From NCBI GenBank assembly GCA_049517335.1, contig JBEKSD010000002.1:1-64000 (forward strand): a stretch of 64,000 nucleotides of DNA, given 5' to 3'. The DNA comes from Candidatus Omnitrophota bacterium (GTDB taxonomy: Bacteria > Omnitrophota > Gorgyraeia > Gygaellales > Profunditerraquicolaceae). Positions 19,169 to 29,919 of the stretch are shown in pieces (the first letter of the stretch is position 1; the number at the start of each line of letters is the position of its first letter). The notes beneath the pieces were generated by a model that worked only from the letters and a program-made list of their open reading frames with translations, ran no database searches and was not told the origin of the DNA. A program made the translations under genes and the position numbers.

Positions 19169-21949
19169 ATGCAAAAAAAAGTTCTCTTACCTTTATTGCT
19201 CCTGTCAATATTTCTTTTCAGTAACCCCATTTTTGCCGAAACTTTGGCAATTAATTACCTTTGCGAATTAGGCGCAGCTTATTATAAACAGGGCCGTTAT
19301 GAAGAGGCTTTGGCCGAATTTAACAAAGTGCTCTTGCTTGACCCCGATAATAAGGCGGTAAAAATCTACATTAACGATATCTTCAAAATACAAAACCCGC
19401 CATTTACGGTAGTTGATCCGATAGATGCCGCTTTCGCTTCGGCTCAAAGAAAATCCTGGGCTAAGCCCGTTCCTGATACAGTCAAAAACACACCTGAACT
19501 TACTAAAGAACAAACAATAGACCAGACAATGAATAAGCTTGAGACTAAGGAAAGCAGGGCTACTTATTTTTCGCATAAAAAAGAAGAGGGAGGAATTAAA
19601 GCCGGGCCTTTAAAGGTAAGCGGAGAAATACAACTTAGTTTCGGCCTTACTCCCGATGATTTCATCTGGAAAAGGGCGAATTTTGATTTGAACGAAAAAT
19701 TCAAAAGCTGGCGTATTACTTCCGATGCGGCATTCAACCACAGATTCAATACCTATGACCCTGCGATTTATGATTCCTTAAGCGTAAATGTTGATACTGA
19801 AAACAAAGAGGGATTTAACTTCCATACCAATATTACGGTTGACCCTTGGAGCTATACGGGTAAGAGCAACAAGTTTACGGTTACCGGATCTAACGGAGAC
19901 ACCGCAAAACTACAAATGTACTACTGGTCAAATACGGGTTATGTTGTAAATAATACGGCTTATACTTCGCTTAAAGGCGATACTTTCGGCATTCCGGAAG
20001 TAAAAGTAAAAGACGGTGTGACGGATTCATTCACTGCCACTTCTTACCGCAACAGCGCTACTTTTGTAATTCCTTCAGTAAAAATAGAACGGCAGTTCCA
20101 GCCTATGCGTGAATTATGGCTTGATTATGCCAGTGATCAAGTCAAATTAAGGACATTTGTCTTAGGTTATCAAGATCAGGCTTATTCTTCCGATGACCCG
20201 ATGGGGATAACTAATCATGGTATCTGGTGGAAAGATAGTAAGTGGCTGCGTCAATATACCCCCGGTGTCTATAATTCCGGGGATACACCTGTAAGTTTCG
20301 TTAAGGGAAAATGGGACGACTCGCTTTCTTTCCTTTCCAAGGACAGCACGGGTAAATATTTAACTGGCTTAAGGGGCTTTTCTTTTAATTTCCAGTCTCA
20401 GGAGCAAACCTATTTTGATACCACCGTTGCCACGCCTAAAAACCTCTGGCAGGATTACGGGAACGTAGATAACGTTATTTCCGCCAGCAGGCTCAAACAT
20501 TATTTTACCGATAATTTTATGCTTGGTGGCACTTTTACCACCCGCTTCGGTTTCTTGACCGATAAGGATAATAAACTGGATAGCCAGAATCTTGTCGGCG
20601 GCTTTGACATAGGATACGAACCTCTTGGTGGGGTAAAGATTCAGGCAGAAGCTTTAACTTCTCAGTCCAATTACGATATGAGTAATTCTACTTACAAAAC
20701 AGATTCCCGTGGGAATACCTATTATTTTTCTGTTATTTCGCGTTACCCGCAGAAGGATATCATGAATTTGAAATACGGATACGATGAGATATCCATAGAC
20801 AAAGATGAAAGTTTCCTGATTAAAGGCAAATTTTACGCCAGCCGCATGGATTCTAATTTTGATTCGGCTCTTGCAGATTATCATAATACAAGACAGGATG
20901 TATTCTGGTCAAGGCATATACATTTCCGCAACCCACTGGATTATTATTCTCAAGGGCTAAACGGATCTACTACTAATTGGGACGAGCTCAATTCCACGCG
21001 CATAGGCGACGGCATTGATATAGGCAGGAACGTTTTGGGATTCCGTTTTGAAACTTTTCTGGAAAACGGCGTTTATAACCTTTTTGACGTGCGCAATGTG
21101 CATAATGTCAACGGTAAGCTTATTGAAAACGTGGTGCGTGACGAAGCTACGGTAAAATTAACGGATAAACTAACCGCTAAAGCACTGGGAATCTATCAAA
21201 AATTACCCAAGACTACTACGGGAATAGACCCGTTTATTTATGATGGAGATACAGGTGAGTTCTTTGCAAATTCATCGGTTGTTGGAGGAGAGGACCCAAG
21301 TCTTAAAACAGGATCTTTCGGTTTAAATTACGACTTCTTTGACTGGTTAAGCATAAACGGCATATATGAACGCACTAATGATTACAGTCTCGGTTACGGG
21401 GATTTCCCACGCAATGTTTTAAGGAATGACACAACCCTTTGGGGCTCTTATTACCAAAATGATAATTTTTACCGTTATATTTATCCTATTCTTTATTCGC
21501 AGGGCGTTTTCCCGCAGGCCCCATATGAATTCTATAATATATTTAAGGCCGGCATAAGGCTGAAATTACGCGACAATCTTGAAGCGTACCTTGATTACAC
21601 ACGCAATGAATTTGAGGCCGCCTCCTTAATCTCCGATAATATGAACCATGTCGGTTTAGAAGTTGCTTATATGCCTACAAAACAAATGGGCATGGTCTTT
21701 AAATATACTTATTCCCGTTGTCAGGATCTTGATGATTTAGTCGCAGGGATCACTAAAATGTCTAGCCATCATAGTTTCTTCACTGAATTCAGATATTTGC
21801 CTTCTAAAACCGATGAATTTATCATGCAATATGGAGTGGGTGATACCAGCTCCATCGGTAATTTATCTTCCCTTGACCCCTATGGAGGCAGCCTGCTTAC
21901 TCTGGATATGCAGCACATTATTCGTGTTTATTACCGCCGCAGATTTTAA
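19169..21949 (+). CDS. Secreted TPR-containing protein with a probable outer-membrane beta-barrel C-terminus
   Basis: Signal peptide (...PIFA/ET), TPR (LGAAYYKQGRYEEALAEFNKVLLLDP), alternating aromatic beta-strands, terminal ...RVYYRRRF. Confidence 0.7.
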   Translation: MQKKVLLPLLLLSIFLFSNPIFAETLAINYLCELGAAYYKQGRYEEALAEFNKVLLLDPDNKAVKIYINDIFKIQNPPFTVVDPIDAAFASAQRKSWAKPVPDTVKNTPELTKEQTIDQTMNKLETKESRATYFSHKKEEGGIKAGPLKVSGEIQLSFGLTPDDFIWKRANFDLNEKFKSWRITSDAAFNHRFNTYDPAIYDSLSVNVDTENKEGFNFHTNITVDPWSYTGKSNKFTVTGSNGDTAKLQMYYWSNTGYVVNNTAYTSLKGDTFGIPEVKVKDGVTDSFTATSYRNSATFVIPSVKIERQFQPMRELWLDYASDQVKLRTFVLGYQDQAYSSDDPMGITNHGIWWKDSKWLRQYTPGVYNSGDTPVSFVKGKWDDSLSFLSKDSTGKYLTGLRGFSFNFQSQEQTYFDTTVATPKNLWQDYGNVDNVISASRLKHYFTDNFMLGGTFTTRFGFLTDKDNKLDSQNLVGGFDIGYEPLGGVKIQAEALTSQSNYDMSNSTYKTDSRGNTYYFSVISRYPQKDIMNLKYGYDEISIDKDESFLIKGKFYASRMDSNFDSALADYHNTRQDVFWSRHIHFRNPLDYYSQGLNGSTTNWDELNSTRIGDGIDIGRNVLGFRFETFLENGVYNLFDVRNVHNVNGKLIENVVRDEATVKLTDKLTAKALGIYQKLPKTTTGIDPFIYDGDTGEFFANSSVVGGEDPSLKTGSFGLNYDFFDWLSINGIYERTNDYSLGYGDFPRNVLRNDTTLWGSYYQNDNFYRYIYPILYSQGVFPQAPYEFYNIFKAGIRLKLRDNLEAYLDYTRNEFEAASLISDNMNHVGLEVAYMPTKQMGMVFKYTYSRCQDLDDLVAGITKMSSHHSFFTEFRYLPSKTDEFIMQYGVGDTSSIGNLSSLDPYGGSLLTLDMQHIIRVYYRRRF

Positions 21950-21960
21950 TTTTTTTATTA

Positions 21961-22038
21961 ATTAGGGATATTTCTTAACTAACCGTAAAACTGTCCACTT
22001 ATAGGCAGTTTTAACTAAATTTAAGAAACGTTCCTAAT
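21961..22038. terminator. Long imperfect palindrome between convergent genes; probable bidirectional terminator
   Basis: Core TAAAACTGTC/GGCAGTTTTA, extended by TTTCTTAA/TTAAGAAA and ATTAGG/CCTAAT. Confidence 0.6.
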
Positions 22039-25000
22039 TTATTTCAGGTAAATATCTATTTTATTAATCAAGCGAGACCTTATTTGTTCTGCATAAGGAG
22101 AGGGTATAGTGTCGGACGCTATTTCTACTGTTGAGCCGGAGTTATCCTTGAAGATAATCTCTTTAATTTTTACTGAATTCTTGCCGAAAGTATCTTTACG
22201 GCTTAAGTTAAAATAGGTAATATTAATCCTACTTAAAAAATTAAATCCGTAAATACCTTTTTTATCAAATAGCCATCCTGCGAGAACCGGTCTGAAACGC
22301 AAATTCAATTCGTTTTTCTTATTTAAGAAGAAGGGGTAATTGCCTAGATTCATCAAAAGCCAGATTTGCAGGAATTCTGCAGTTGAACCGGACAGGCGCG
22401 CTACGAAGCCGTTTCCCTGTAAATTTTTATCTGCAAAAGCGCTTGAAACCAGAAAAGAAGAATTTTCAAGGATACTCCGGCCGTAGCGGGCTGGGTCTTG
22501 GAAGGGTATAAGCACATTCTTAAAATCCGCATAAAACTTTTCATAAAGCCCGCATTTAAGCATTTCCAGCATATATTTATATTCCATATGCAGCCAGATA
22601 GACTCATTTTCAAGCCAACCGGGAGCAAATATCCTGCACCTGCCTATTTCCTCGGGCATATTTCTTAATGAAGCGGTAACCTTGTACATTTTTAACTTTT
22701 TGTCAAAGAGTTCGTTTTTCTTTGTAGCGTCCGCAAGTTTCACTGCTTCATTAATATCTTTTGAAAGCCGTAAAGCGTGCATCTGTCCTTCAAGGAAAAA
22801 AGGAAGTTTTATCTGCTTAAATTTCTTAGGCGCTATAAACCGGCTCTTTATAATGTCGTACTTTGTAATTTCATTTATAAAATATGAATAATAAACCTTT
22901 CTTTTTCTGTCAAACACTTTATTTAAACCCACGTTAATCTTTTTTAAAGCCTTATTCAATACCTCAAGTAGTAAAGATGCACTGATTTCTGTTTTTTTGC
23001 CGCTTAAACCTAAACGGGTTATCCGGCGGTACTCTTCTTTTAAAGAATGGCTTTCATCCCAGTATTCATAATTACTGGTATTACGGCTAAGAAGCCGATT
23101 CAGCGCTATAAGGAAATTATAGATTTCCTTCGTTAACTCAATATTATTAACTCCGCTTTTTACAAGAGAAGATTTAATAAAAATAATAAGCCGTTTTAAT
23201 TCAAAGGTTTCGCACACGGATGAGCCGAAAAGGGCAGGGAGGCCGTTTAAAGCATCGTACCAGTTGGGCTTATCAGCTTCCATTTCCATACCTGAACCGA
23301 AGGGGTCAAGAGAAGCGAGCTTATTGACAGCCAAGCAGAGAAGCTTATCGATTAAGGTCGTCCGGTAAACCTCGCCTTTCCCAAAATTTTTCCTTACTAG
23401 ATGCGGGTAGAGACGGCGCTTTTTTATTAATTCTTTTTTTTCGGCATCCGCTGTAACTGAATGTAGCTGCCTCGGTAGATTGTTATACAGTACGTATTTT
23501 TCGCTCCTCGGTTTTACTACTTCTATGTTGTCAAAAAAAGTAAAACTGTTAATTTCAAAAAGGATATTTTTTAGTTTATCAGGATAAAGACCGAAGTAGC
23601 TTTCCAGTAAATCAAGGTTGTAACTCCAATGGTCGCTCCAGAACCCTTCCCCATGGTCAGCTTCCTGAATTTCCTCACAGCAGGAAATCAATACATTCAG
23701 GAATTCATCTCTTTCCGTGTTTAGCCTTATACCGTTATCCTGAATGAACAGTATTACTTCACCCGGAGAAAACGGTTTTTTAAAAAATGCGCTTAACTTA
23801 GCGGTATTATTTCCAGCAATGAAGCGCTTTAATTCTTTCGTAAGTCTTTTTTTATCTTTGAGAATAAAGAGAGCGCCTTTAATTATTAAAGGGTTAAAAC
23901 CGTCGGTTTGAATAAGATTTAAGAGAGAAATTAAGTCTGCCTCTTTAATGTCCGGATTGAACCAAACATTATTGCGCCTATTCTGGTTTATATCTCGGTA
24001 ATTTCCGTTACCCTGTGAGAAATAGGTCGGCTGGATCAGGAATTTGTTATAATCCCGCTCAAGGTCACCGTGCTTACGGGAGTAGAGATAGAATACGGTT
24101 TCTTTCAGGCCACATTTAAAAATTTGAGGATATCCCCCACGCATGATGTTATCAAGATAAGTTTGTTTTGCGTAAAGATTGAATTCCTTTGAACTGCTTT
24201 TTGTTTCAATGTCGGACTGCAGCTCTTTTATGATTTCTTTATTTTTAATGCGTTTTAAATTCAAATATTCGGGAGCGGTTATCCTGCTTATGGATTTATT
24301 CAGTTCTTCCAGGCTCCGCATAAAGCCGAGCACAGTATTAAAAGTGATTTCCTGCCCCGCTTTCAGGCTTAGGGGCATAAAAGAGAAGGCCGAAGGGGTC
24401 CTGCTTTCCGTAATTTCTTCGTGAGGTATGCTAAATTTTTTATCCGATGAAAATTTAGCAGGAGATGAAAAATCTGTATTTTGCCCAAATATGCTTTCAG
24501 GGTTAACTATCGGCCTGAACATAGTTGTTTTACCCCCGACAGAATAGAAACTCAAGTAAAAATTACCTTCATTAATATGAATTACTTCCGGTTTATCAGC
24601 GGGGTCAACTGCGAGACGGAAGAAAGGCGCATTATTCTTAAGGTTCTCAACCCTTGTCCACGCCTCTATGGTCCTGCTCATTTTTTTAAGGAAAAAGTTA
24701 TTTATGCCGTAAGGAATAACTTGAGGAAGCCCATCTAATATTTGAATCTTTTTTACAAGCCGGCCCGTATTCTTTATCCTGACCACCCGGGCTAAGCCTG
24801 CATAGCAGTCAGAAGGAATATTAAAATATTCCACCCTAACTTCAAGGCCCAAGGTTAAATTCATTTCTTTCAATTTTAAATCATAGGAAGTAAGCGACAT
24901 ACTATTGTTTAATTTGAAAGCTAAATTTACGAAACCGTTATGAAACGGCTCATAAATACGGTCTTTTGCCCCGAGAACCTTTATAAAGGTACGAAAACCA

Positions 25001-25242
25001 GCTGAAGTGGTAAATTGCCATGACTTATTCGCAGGGTAAAATTCCAAAATAGGGTGGTCTTTATCTTTTGTGCCAAAACTGGCGATAGCCTGGCCGCGGT
25101 TGACATAGAAAACCCACATCGGTATGCCGTATTTTCCGGCAATGCCCGGGAAGAAGTCGGCAAAGGGCTTGGCGTAATTATAATTTTCAATTATAAATTC
25201 GCCTTTTTCATTAAGGTAGTATTTCGCTTGTTTTTGCGCCAA
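22039..25242 (-). CDS. Large glycoside phosphorylase, GH161-like (putative beta-1,3-glucan phosphorylase)
   Basis: FFPGIAG..GIPMW.FYVNRGQ, HGDLERDYN, SQGNGNYRD.NQNRR, GEGFWSDHW.YN.DL, KPNWYDALNGLP, GWLENESIWLHMEYKY, GFVARLSGSTAEF. TTG start after AAAGGA. Confidence 0.75.
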   Translation of the reverse strand: MAQKQAKYYLNEKGEFIIENYNYAKPFADFFPGIAGKYGIPMWVFYVNRGQAIASFGTKDKDHPILEFYPANKSWQFTTSAGFRTFIKVLGAKDRIYEPFHNGFVNLAFKLNNSMSLTSYDLKLKEMNLTLGLEVRVEYFNIPSDCYAGLARVVRIKNTGRLVKKIQILDGLPQVIPYGINNFFLKKMSRTIEAWTRVENLKNNAPFFRLAVDPADKPEVIHINEGNFYLSFYSVGGKTTMFRPIVNPESIFGQNTDFSSPAKFSSDKKFSIPHEEITESRTPSAFSFMPLSLKAGQEITFNTVLGFMRSLEELNKSISRITAPEYLNLKRIKNKEIIKELQSDIETKSSSKEFNLYAKQTYLDNIMRGGYPQIFKCGLKETVFYLYSRKHGDLERDYNKFLIQPTYFSQGNGNYRDINQNRRNNVWFNPDIKEADLISLLNLIQTDGFNPLIIKGALFILKDKKRLTKELKRFIAGNNTAKLSAFFKKPFSPGEVILFIQDNGIRLNTERDEFLNVLISCCEEIQEADHGEGFWSDHWSYNLDLLESYFGLYPDKLKNILFEINSFTFFDNIEVVKPRSEKYVLYNNLPRQLHSVTADAEKKELIKKRRLYPHLVRKNFGKGEVYRTTLIDKLLCLAVNKLASLDPFGSGMEMEADKPNWYDALNGLPALFGSSVCETFELKRLIIFIKSSLVKSGVNNIELTKEIYNFLIALNRLLSRNTSNYEYWDESHSLKEEYRRITRLGLSGKKTEISASLLLEVLNKALKKINVGLNKVFDRKRKVYYSYFINEITKYDIIKSRFIAPKKFKQIKLPFFLEGQMHALRLSKDINEAVKLADATKKNELFDKKLKMYKVTASLRNMPEEIGRCRIFAPGWLENESIWLHMEYKYMLEMLKCGLYEKFYADFKNVLIPFQDPARYGRSILENSSFLVSSAFADKNLQGNGFVARLSGSTAEFLQIWLLMNLGNYPFFLNKKNELNLRFRPVLAGWLFDKKGIYGFNFLSRINITYFNLSRKDTFGKNSVKIKEIIFKDNSGSTVEIASDTIPSPYAEQIRSRLINKIDIYLK

Positions 25243-25359
25243 AGCAGGTCCTTTTATGAGTTAGAATATTAATAGTTATTTTACATAATTTCCAGCTTTT
25301 GTCCAGCGAAAACAACTGTTCTTTTGGAATGAAACAATATAATTTAATTAATTAAAAGC

Positions 25360-25530
25360 TACCGAGTCATGCCTTTCGCAGCACCGCTCGATTTTCCCTA
25401 CCATGGAAAATCTCGCTCGAAGAAGCTGTTCGTTCCCCGCCAAAAACCGTGGCGGGACCGTGCACGCTCGGATTTTCTAACGTGCGTCTCGAATCAAACC
25501 AAGTCAACCGTTTAAGAGTTGATTAATTTT
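25360..25530. repeat. GC-rich multi-hairpin REP-like element between divergent promoters
   Basis: Hairpins GATTTTCC/GGAAAATC, CCCGCCA/TGGCGGG and GCACG/CGTGC; CGCTCG(G)ATTTTC occurs twice. Confidence 0.55.
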
Positions 25531-25613
25531 AAATGTTATCCTTTCATGCTGTTTTAGCTTTACTTTTTTCCTATCTAATGATATTATAATATTTTAATTA
25601 ACAGGAGGAAAAC

Positions 25614-25901
25614 GTGGCAATAGATAAAAGGACGGTTGAATATACCGCACACCTTGCACGGATTGAATTAGGCAGCAGGGAGTTGGAGACGATTTCCAAA
25701 CAACTCCAGGATATTCTGGATTTTATTGATAAACTTAAAAAAGCCGATGTTGACGGCATAAGTGCGACAAGCCATATTTTGCCCGTTAGCAATGTCTTAA
25801 GGGAAGATTTGGTAAAACCGTCTCTGTCTGCCGATGAAGCATTAAAAAATGCCCCCAGCCGCCAGGAAACTTTCTTCATTGTACCAAAAGTTATAGAATA
25901 A
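25614..25901 (+). CDS. gatC: Asp/Glu-tRNA amidotransferase subunit C
   Basis: V.Y.A.LARI, NVLRED, NAP....F.VPKV. GTG start after AGGAGG. Confidence 0.93.
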   Translation: MAIDKRTVEYTAHLARIELGSRELETISKQLQDILDFIDKLKKADVDGISATSHILPVSNVLREDLVKPSLSADEALKNAPSRQETFFIVPKVIE

Positions 25902-25905
25902 TAAG

Positions 25906-27333
25906 ATGGAGCCTTGTAAATTAACCGCCCACGAACTTCTTGAAAAAATGAAGACAGGGGAAGTAAAACCCCCTGAAATAATAACTTCGCTTTTTAAGAG
26001 GATAAATGAAGTTGACTCTAAAGTATCCGCTTACGTCCGTAGCGATAAAGTGAAGGAAAATACGGATTCCTACGGGGGGCTGCCAGTTTCCATAAAAGAC
26101 AATATCTGCACCAAAGATCTAACTACGGAATGCTGCTCAAAGATATTGGAGGGTTTTAAGCCTCCCTATGACGCAACAGTTATTAAAAAAATATGCGGTT
26201 CCGGTAACTGCATATTAAATATTAAGACTAATATGGATGAATTTGCATTCGGTTCATCTACGGAGAATTCGCATTTTAACCCCACCCATAATCCATGGAA
26301 CTTAGGCTATGTTGCGGGCGGTTCGTCCGGCGGTTCAGCTGCGGCTGTGGCAGCTGATGAAGCAATCTGGGCATTAGGCTCGGATACCGGGGGTTCAATA
26401 AGGCAGCCTGCGTCGTTTTGCGGGGTAGTCGGTCTGAAACCAACTTACGGGAGAGTTTCTCGTTATGGGTTGATTGCTTTTGCCTCAAGCTTAGACCAGA
26501 TAGGCCCGCTTACCAAAGATGTCAGGGACTGCGCGCTCCTTATGAATATTATCTCTTGTTTTGACTCCAATGACTCTACTTCCGTAAATATTCCTGTCCC
26601 TGATTACACAAAGTCGCTTGTTAATGATATAAAAGGCGTAAAGATAGGTATTCCTAAAGAATATTTTATAGAAGGGATTGACGGAGAAGTTAAAAAGACA
26701 ATTGAGGAAGCTTTGAATAAATTAAAAAATCTGGGAGCACAAGTAAGTCCTGTTTCACTGCCACATACGGAATACGCAGTTGCCGTTTATTATATTGTTG
26801 CTACTGCCGAGGCCAGTTCTAATCTTGCGCGTTTTGATGGTGTCCAATACGGCTATAGGGTGCAAATGGATAACCTTATGGATATGTATAAAAAAACGCG
26901 CGGACAAGGGTTTGGCGAAGAAGCAAAACGCAGGATAATTTTAGGCACCTTTGTATTATCTCACGGTTATTATGATGCATATTATCTCAGGGCATTAAAG
27001 GTGCGTACGTTAATCAAAAATGACTTTGACAAAATATTTAAAGATTTTGACTGCGTGATTACTCCTACATCACCGACCGTAGCTTTTAAACTCGGTGAGA
27101 AGATTAAAGATCCCTTAAAAATGTACCTTTCGGATATTTGCACTATCTCGGCAAACCTTGCGGGCATCCCAGGCATATCAATACCCTGCGGTTTTACAAA
27201 AAAGGGCCTGCCGGTAGGCATGCAGATATTAGGCAAGCCGTTTGATGAAGAGATGCTTTTCAGGGTCGCGCATACTTATGAGCAAAATACAGAGTGGTAT
27301 AAGTTAAAACCAAACTTACAAATAGGTAACTAA
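25906..27333 (+). CDS. gatA: Asp/Glu-tRNA amidotransferase subunit A
   Basis: [43 protein letters not shown]. Confidence 0.97.
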   Translation: MEPCKLTAHELLEKMKTGEVKPPEIITSLFKRINEVDSKVSAYVRSDKVKENTDSYGGLPVSIKDNICTKDLTTECCSKILEGFKPPYDATVIKKICGSGNCILNIKTNMDEFAFGSSTENSHFNPTHNPWNLGYVAGGSSGGSAAAVAADEAIWALGSDTGGSIRQPASFCGVVGLKPTYGRVSRYGLIAFASSLDQIGPLTKDVRDCALLMNIISCFDSNDSTSVNIPVPDYTKSLVNDIKGVKIGIPKEYFIEGIDGEVKKTIEEALNKLKNLGAQVSPVSLPHTEYAVAVYYIVATAEASSNLARFDGVQYGYRVQMDNLMDMYKKTRGQGFGEEAKRRIILGTFVLSHGYYDAYYLRALKVRTLIKNDFDKIFKDFDCVITPTSPTVAFKLGEKIKDPLKMYLSDICTISANLAGIPGISIPCGFTKKGLPVGMQILGKPFDEEMLFRVAHTYEQNTEWYKLKPNLQIGN

Positions 27334-27334
27334 A

Positions 27335-28762
27335 ATGAACTACGACACGGTTATAGGGCTGGAAGTCCACTTACATTTAAATACGAAGACAAAGGCCTTT
27401 TGTTCCTGTTCTACTGAATTCGGCAAAGAACCCAATTCCCAAACTTGCCCTGTTTGTTTGGGCTTTCCGGGCTCCCTGCCGGTCTATAATAAAACCGCCC
27501 TGGATTACGCCGTTAAAGTAGCCCTCGCTTTAAATTGCACCGTACAGGAATATACGAAATTTGACCGTAAGAATTATTTTTACCCGGACCTGCCTAAGAA
27601 TTATCAGGTCTCTCAATATGACCTTCCGTTATCGGTTGGGGGTTTTCTTAAAATCAATTCGGAAGAAAAAACCAAACGGATAGGAATTACGCGGGTACAT
27701 ATGGAAGAAGATGCGGGCAAATTAATCCATAAGGAAAATGTAAGTCTCCTTGATTTTAACCGTGCAGGAATACCCCTACTTGAAATAGTAAGCGAGCCGG
27801 ATATGAATTCCCCCGAAGAAGCATACGCATATTTAGCTGAGCTTAAGAATATACTTGAATACCTTGATGTTTCTGACTGCGACATGGAAAAGGGGTCTTT
27901 GCGCTGCGATGCAAACATATCCTTAAAAAAAGAACAATCCCGGCAAATGGGGGTTAAGGTTGAGTTAAAAAACATGAATTCCTTTAAAGCGGTCAAAGAT
28001 GCACTCACCTTTGAAGTGAGGCGCCAGGCAGAGCTTTTGGATGAAGGGAAAAAGATTATTCAGGAAACCCGGCTTTGGGATGCAGAAGTTTTAGTTACTG
28101 TTTCCATGCGCACAAAAGAAGAAGCGCAGGATTACCGTTATTTTCCCGAGCCGGATTTGCCGCCTTTTGTTATCGAAAAAAATAAAGTTGAAGAAATCAG
28201 GAATACCCTTCCGGAGCTTCCGGCTAATAAACTCAAGCGGCTTATCCGTGAATACGGCCTTTCGCACTATGACGCGAAAATTCTTATTTCATCAAGAAAA
28301 GACGCCGAATACGCGGAAAGCTGTATAAAGACATATCCGGGTGACGATAAGAAAGCCGTCGTAAACTGGCTAATCGGAGCTGTATTATCGGAAGCAAATA
28401 ACCGTTCTTCTTCAATAGCCGGCTTAAATATCCCCGAAGAAAACTTAATCAGCCTCATCAAGTTACTGCAAAAACAGGAGATATCCAATCTTGTTGCGAA
28501 ATTGGTTTTAAACGAAATGATTAATACTGGCAAACCCCCATTAGAAATCATAAAAGAGAAAAATTTAATCCAAGTTTCCGATAGCGGTGAACTGGAAAAA
28601 ATTGTTGATGAGGTGGTTAAAACCAATCAGAAATCCGTTGCGGATTTTAAGTCGGGGAAAGAGAATGCGCTTATGTTTTTAATCGGACAGGCTATGAAAA
28701 AGAGTAAAGGAAAAGCCAATCCTAAGCTGCTTCAGGAGATATTTAAACGGAGGTTGTCTTGA
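27335..28762 (+). CDS. gatB: Asp/Glu-tRNA amidotransferase subunit B
   Basis: IGLEVH, FDRKNYFYPDLPK, HMEEDAGK, LRCDANIS, YRYFPEPDL. Confidence 0.97.
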   Translation: MNYDTVIGLEVHLHLNTKTKAFCSCSTEFGKEPNSQTCPVCLGFPGSLPVYNKTALDYAVKVALALNCTVQEYTKFDRKNYFYPDLPKNYQVSQYDLPLSVGGFLKINSEEKTKRIGITRVHMEEDAGKLIHKENVSLLDFNRAGIPLLEIVSEPDMNSPEEAYAYLAELKNILEYLDVSDCDMEKGSLRCDANISLKKEQSRQMGVKVELKNMNSFKAVKDALTFEVRRQAELLDEGKKIIQETRLWDAEVLVTVSMRTKEEAQDYRYFPEPDLPPFVIEKNKVEEIRNTLPELPANKLKRLIREYGLSHYDAKILISSRKDAEYAESCIKTYPGDDKKAVVNWLIGAVLSEANNRSSSIAGLNIPEENLISLIKLLQKQEISNLVAKLVLNEMINTGKPPLEIIKEKNLIQVSDSGELEKIVDEVVKTNQKSVADFKSGKENALMFLIGQAMKKSKGKANPKLLQEIFKRRLS

Positions 28763-29919
28763 TGTTTTTAAAGAAAGGAACTTTTTTTATTTTAGTCTTA
28801 GGCGTAATAATTTCGGGGATAGTATTTTTTAGCATATCTGAAGCGAAAGTAAAAAGAAAAGAGAATTTATACAAACAGGTTGAGCTTTTCTCCGATGCTT
28901 TAGCGATAATCCAGGCCGAATATGTAGATGAGCCGGATACTAAAAATTTAATTTACGGCTCATTAAAAGGGATGCTCGCTTCGCTTGACCCTTACAGCGA
29001 GTTTATGGACCCGGATACTTTTAATGAATTAAAGGCTGACACTGAAGGTAGATACGGCGGCTTGGGGCTGGAAATCAATATTAAAGAGGGGTTTCCTACC
29101 GTCGTAACTCCCATTGAAGACACTCCGGCATGGCGGGCGGGAATCAAACCGGGAGACCGCATTGTTAAAATCAATAATGAGTTAACGCGCGACATGAGCC
29201 TAACCGATGCGGTGAAAAGGATACGCGGTAAGCCAGGAGAAACGGTAAGCCTAACGATACTAAGGGAACCGGAAAAGAAATTGCTTGAATTAAAATTGGT
29301 GCGCGCAATGATTAAAATGAAAGGCGTCAAAGAAGCAAAGCTACTTTCCGACGGCATAGGTTATATCCGCCTGGTTGAATTTCGTGACAGCGTTCCTCCT
29401 GAAATGAACGCGGTAATAGAAAAACTGTCCAGGTCCGGAATGACCGCGCTGATAATTGATTTGCGTAATAATCCGGGGGGCTCGTTGGATTCTGCGGTCA
29501 GGGTAGCCGAAAGATTCATTGAAAAAGGCAAAATGATAGTTTATATCCGCGGGAGGATTCCTTCGCAAAATATGGAATTTTATTCCGCTTCCAGGCATCT
29601 GGTATTGAATTTGCCTTTGGCGATTTTAATTAATGAGGGTTCTGCTTCGGGAAGCGAGATTGTCGCCGGAGCCATGCAGTATTATAAACGCGCGGTTATC
29701 ATAGGCAAAAAATCATTCGGTAAGGGTTTCGTGCAAGCGGTTATTCCCCTGAAGGACGGTTCGGCTTTGCGGTTGACGACAAGCAGGTATTTTACCCCTT
29801 CGGGAAAAGTGATAAACGGCATAGGAATTGAGCCTGATATAACCGTTGAAGAAGGAAATATCCAGCTTAGCGATAACCAGCTACTGCGAGCCATAGATGC
29901 CTTAAAAAATAAAAAATGA
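28759..29919 (+). CDS. ctpA: C-terminal processing protease (S41, PDZ)
   Basis: N-terminal TM helix, LDPYS, PDZ GLG, DLRNNPGG, SASGSE, FGKG.VQ. Confidence 0.9.
   Translation: MMFLKKGTFFILVLGVIISGIVFFSISEAKVKRKENLYKQVELFSDALAIIQAEYVDEPDTKNLIYGSLKGMLASLDPYSEFMDPDTFNELKADTEGRYGGLGLEINIKEGFPTVVTPIEDTPAWRAGIKPGDRIVKINNELTRDMSLTDAVKRIRGKPGETVSLTILREPEKKLLELKLVRAMIKMKGVKEAKLLSDGIGYIRLVEFRDSVPPEMNAVIEKLSRSGMTALIIDLRNNPGGSLDSAVRVAERFIEKGKMIVYIRGRIPSQNMEFYSASRHLVLNLPLAILINEGSASGSEIVAGAMQYYKRAVIIGKKSFGKGFVQAVIPLKDGSALRLTTSRYFTPSGKVINGIGIEPDITVEEGNIQLSDNQLLRAIDALKNKK

Noticed and set aside
25360-25530. CRISPR array or known riboswitch
   Set aside because: No regularly spaced direct repeats, and I recognised no riboswitch consensus (cobalamin, SAM, TPP, c-di-GMP).
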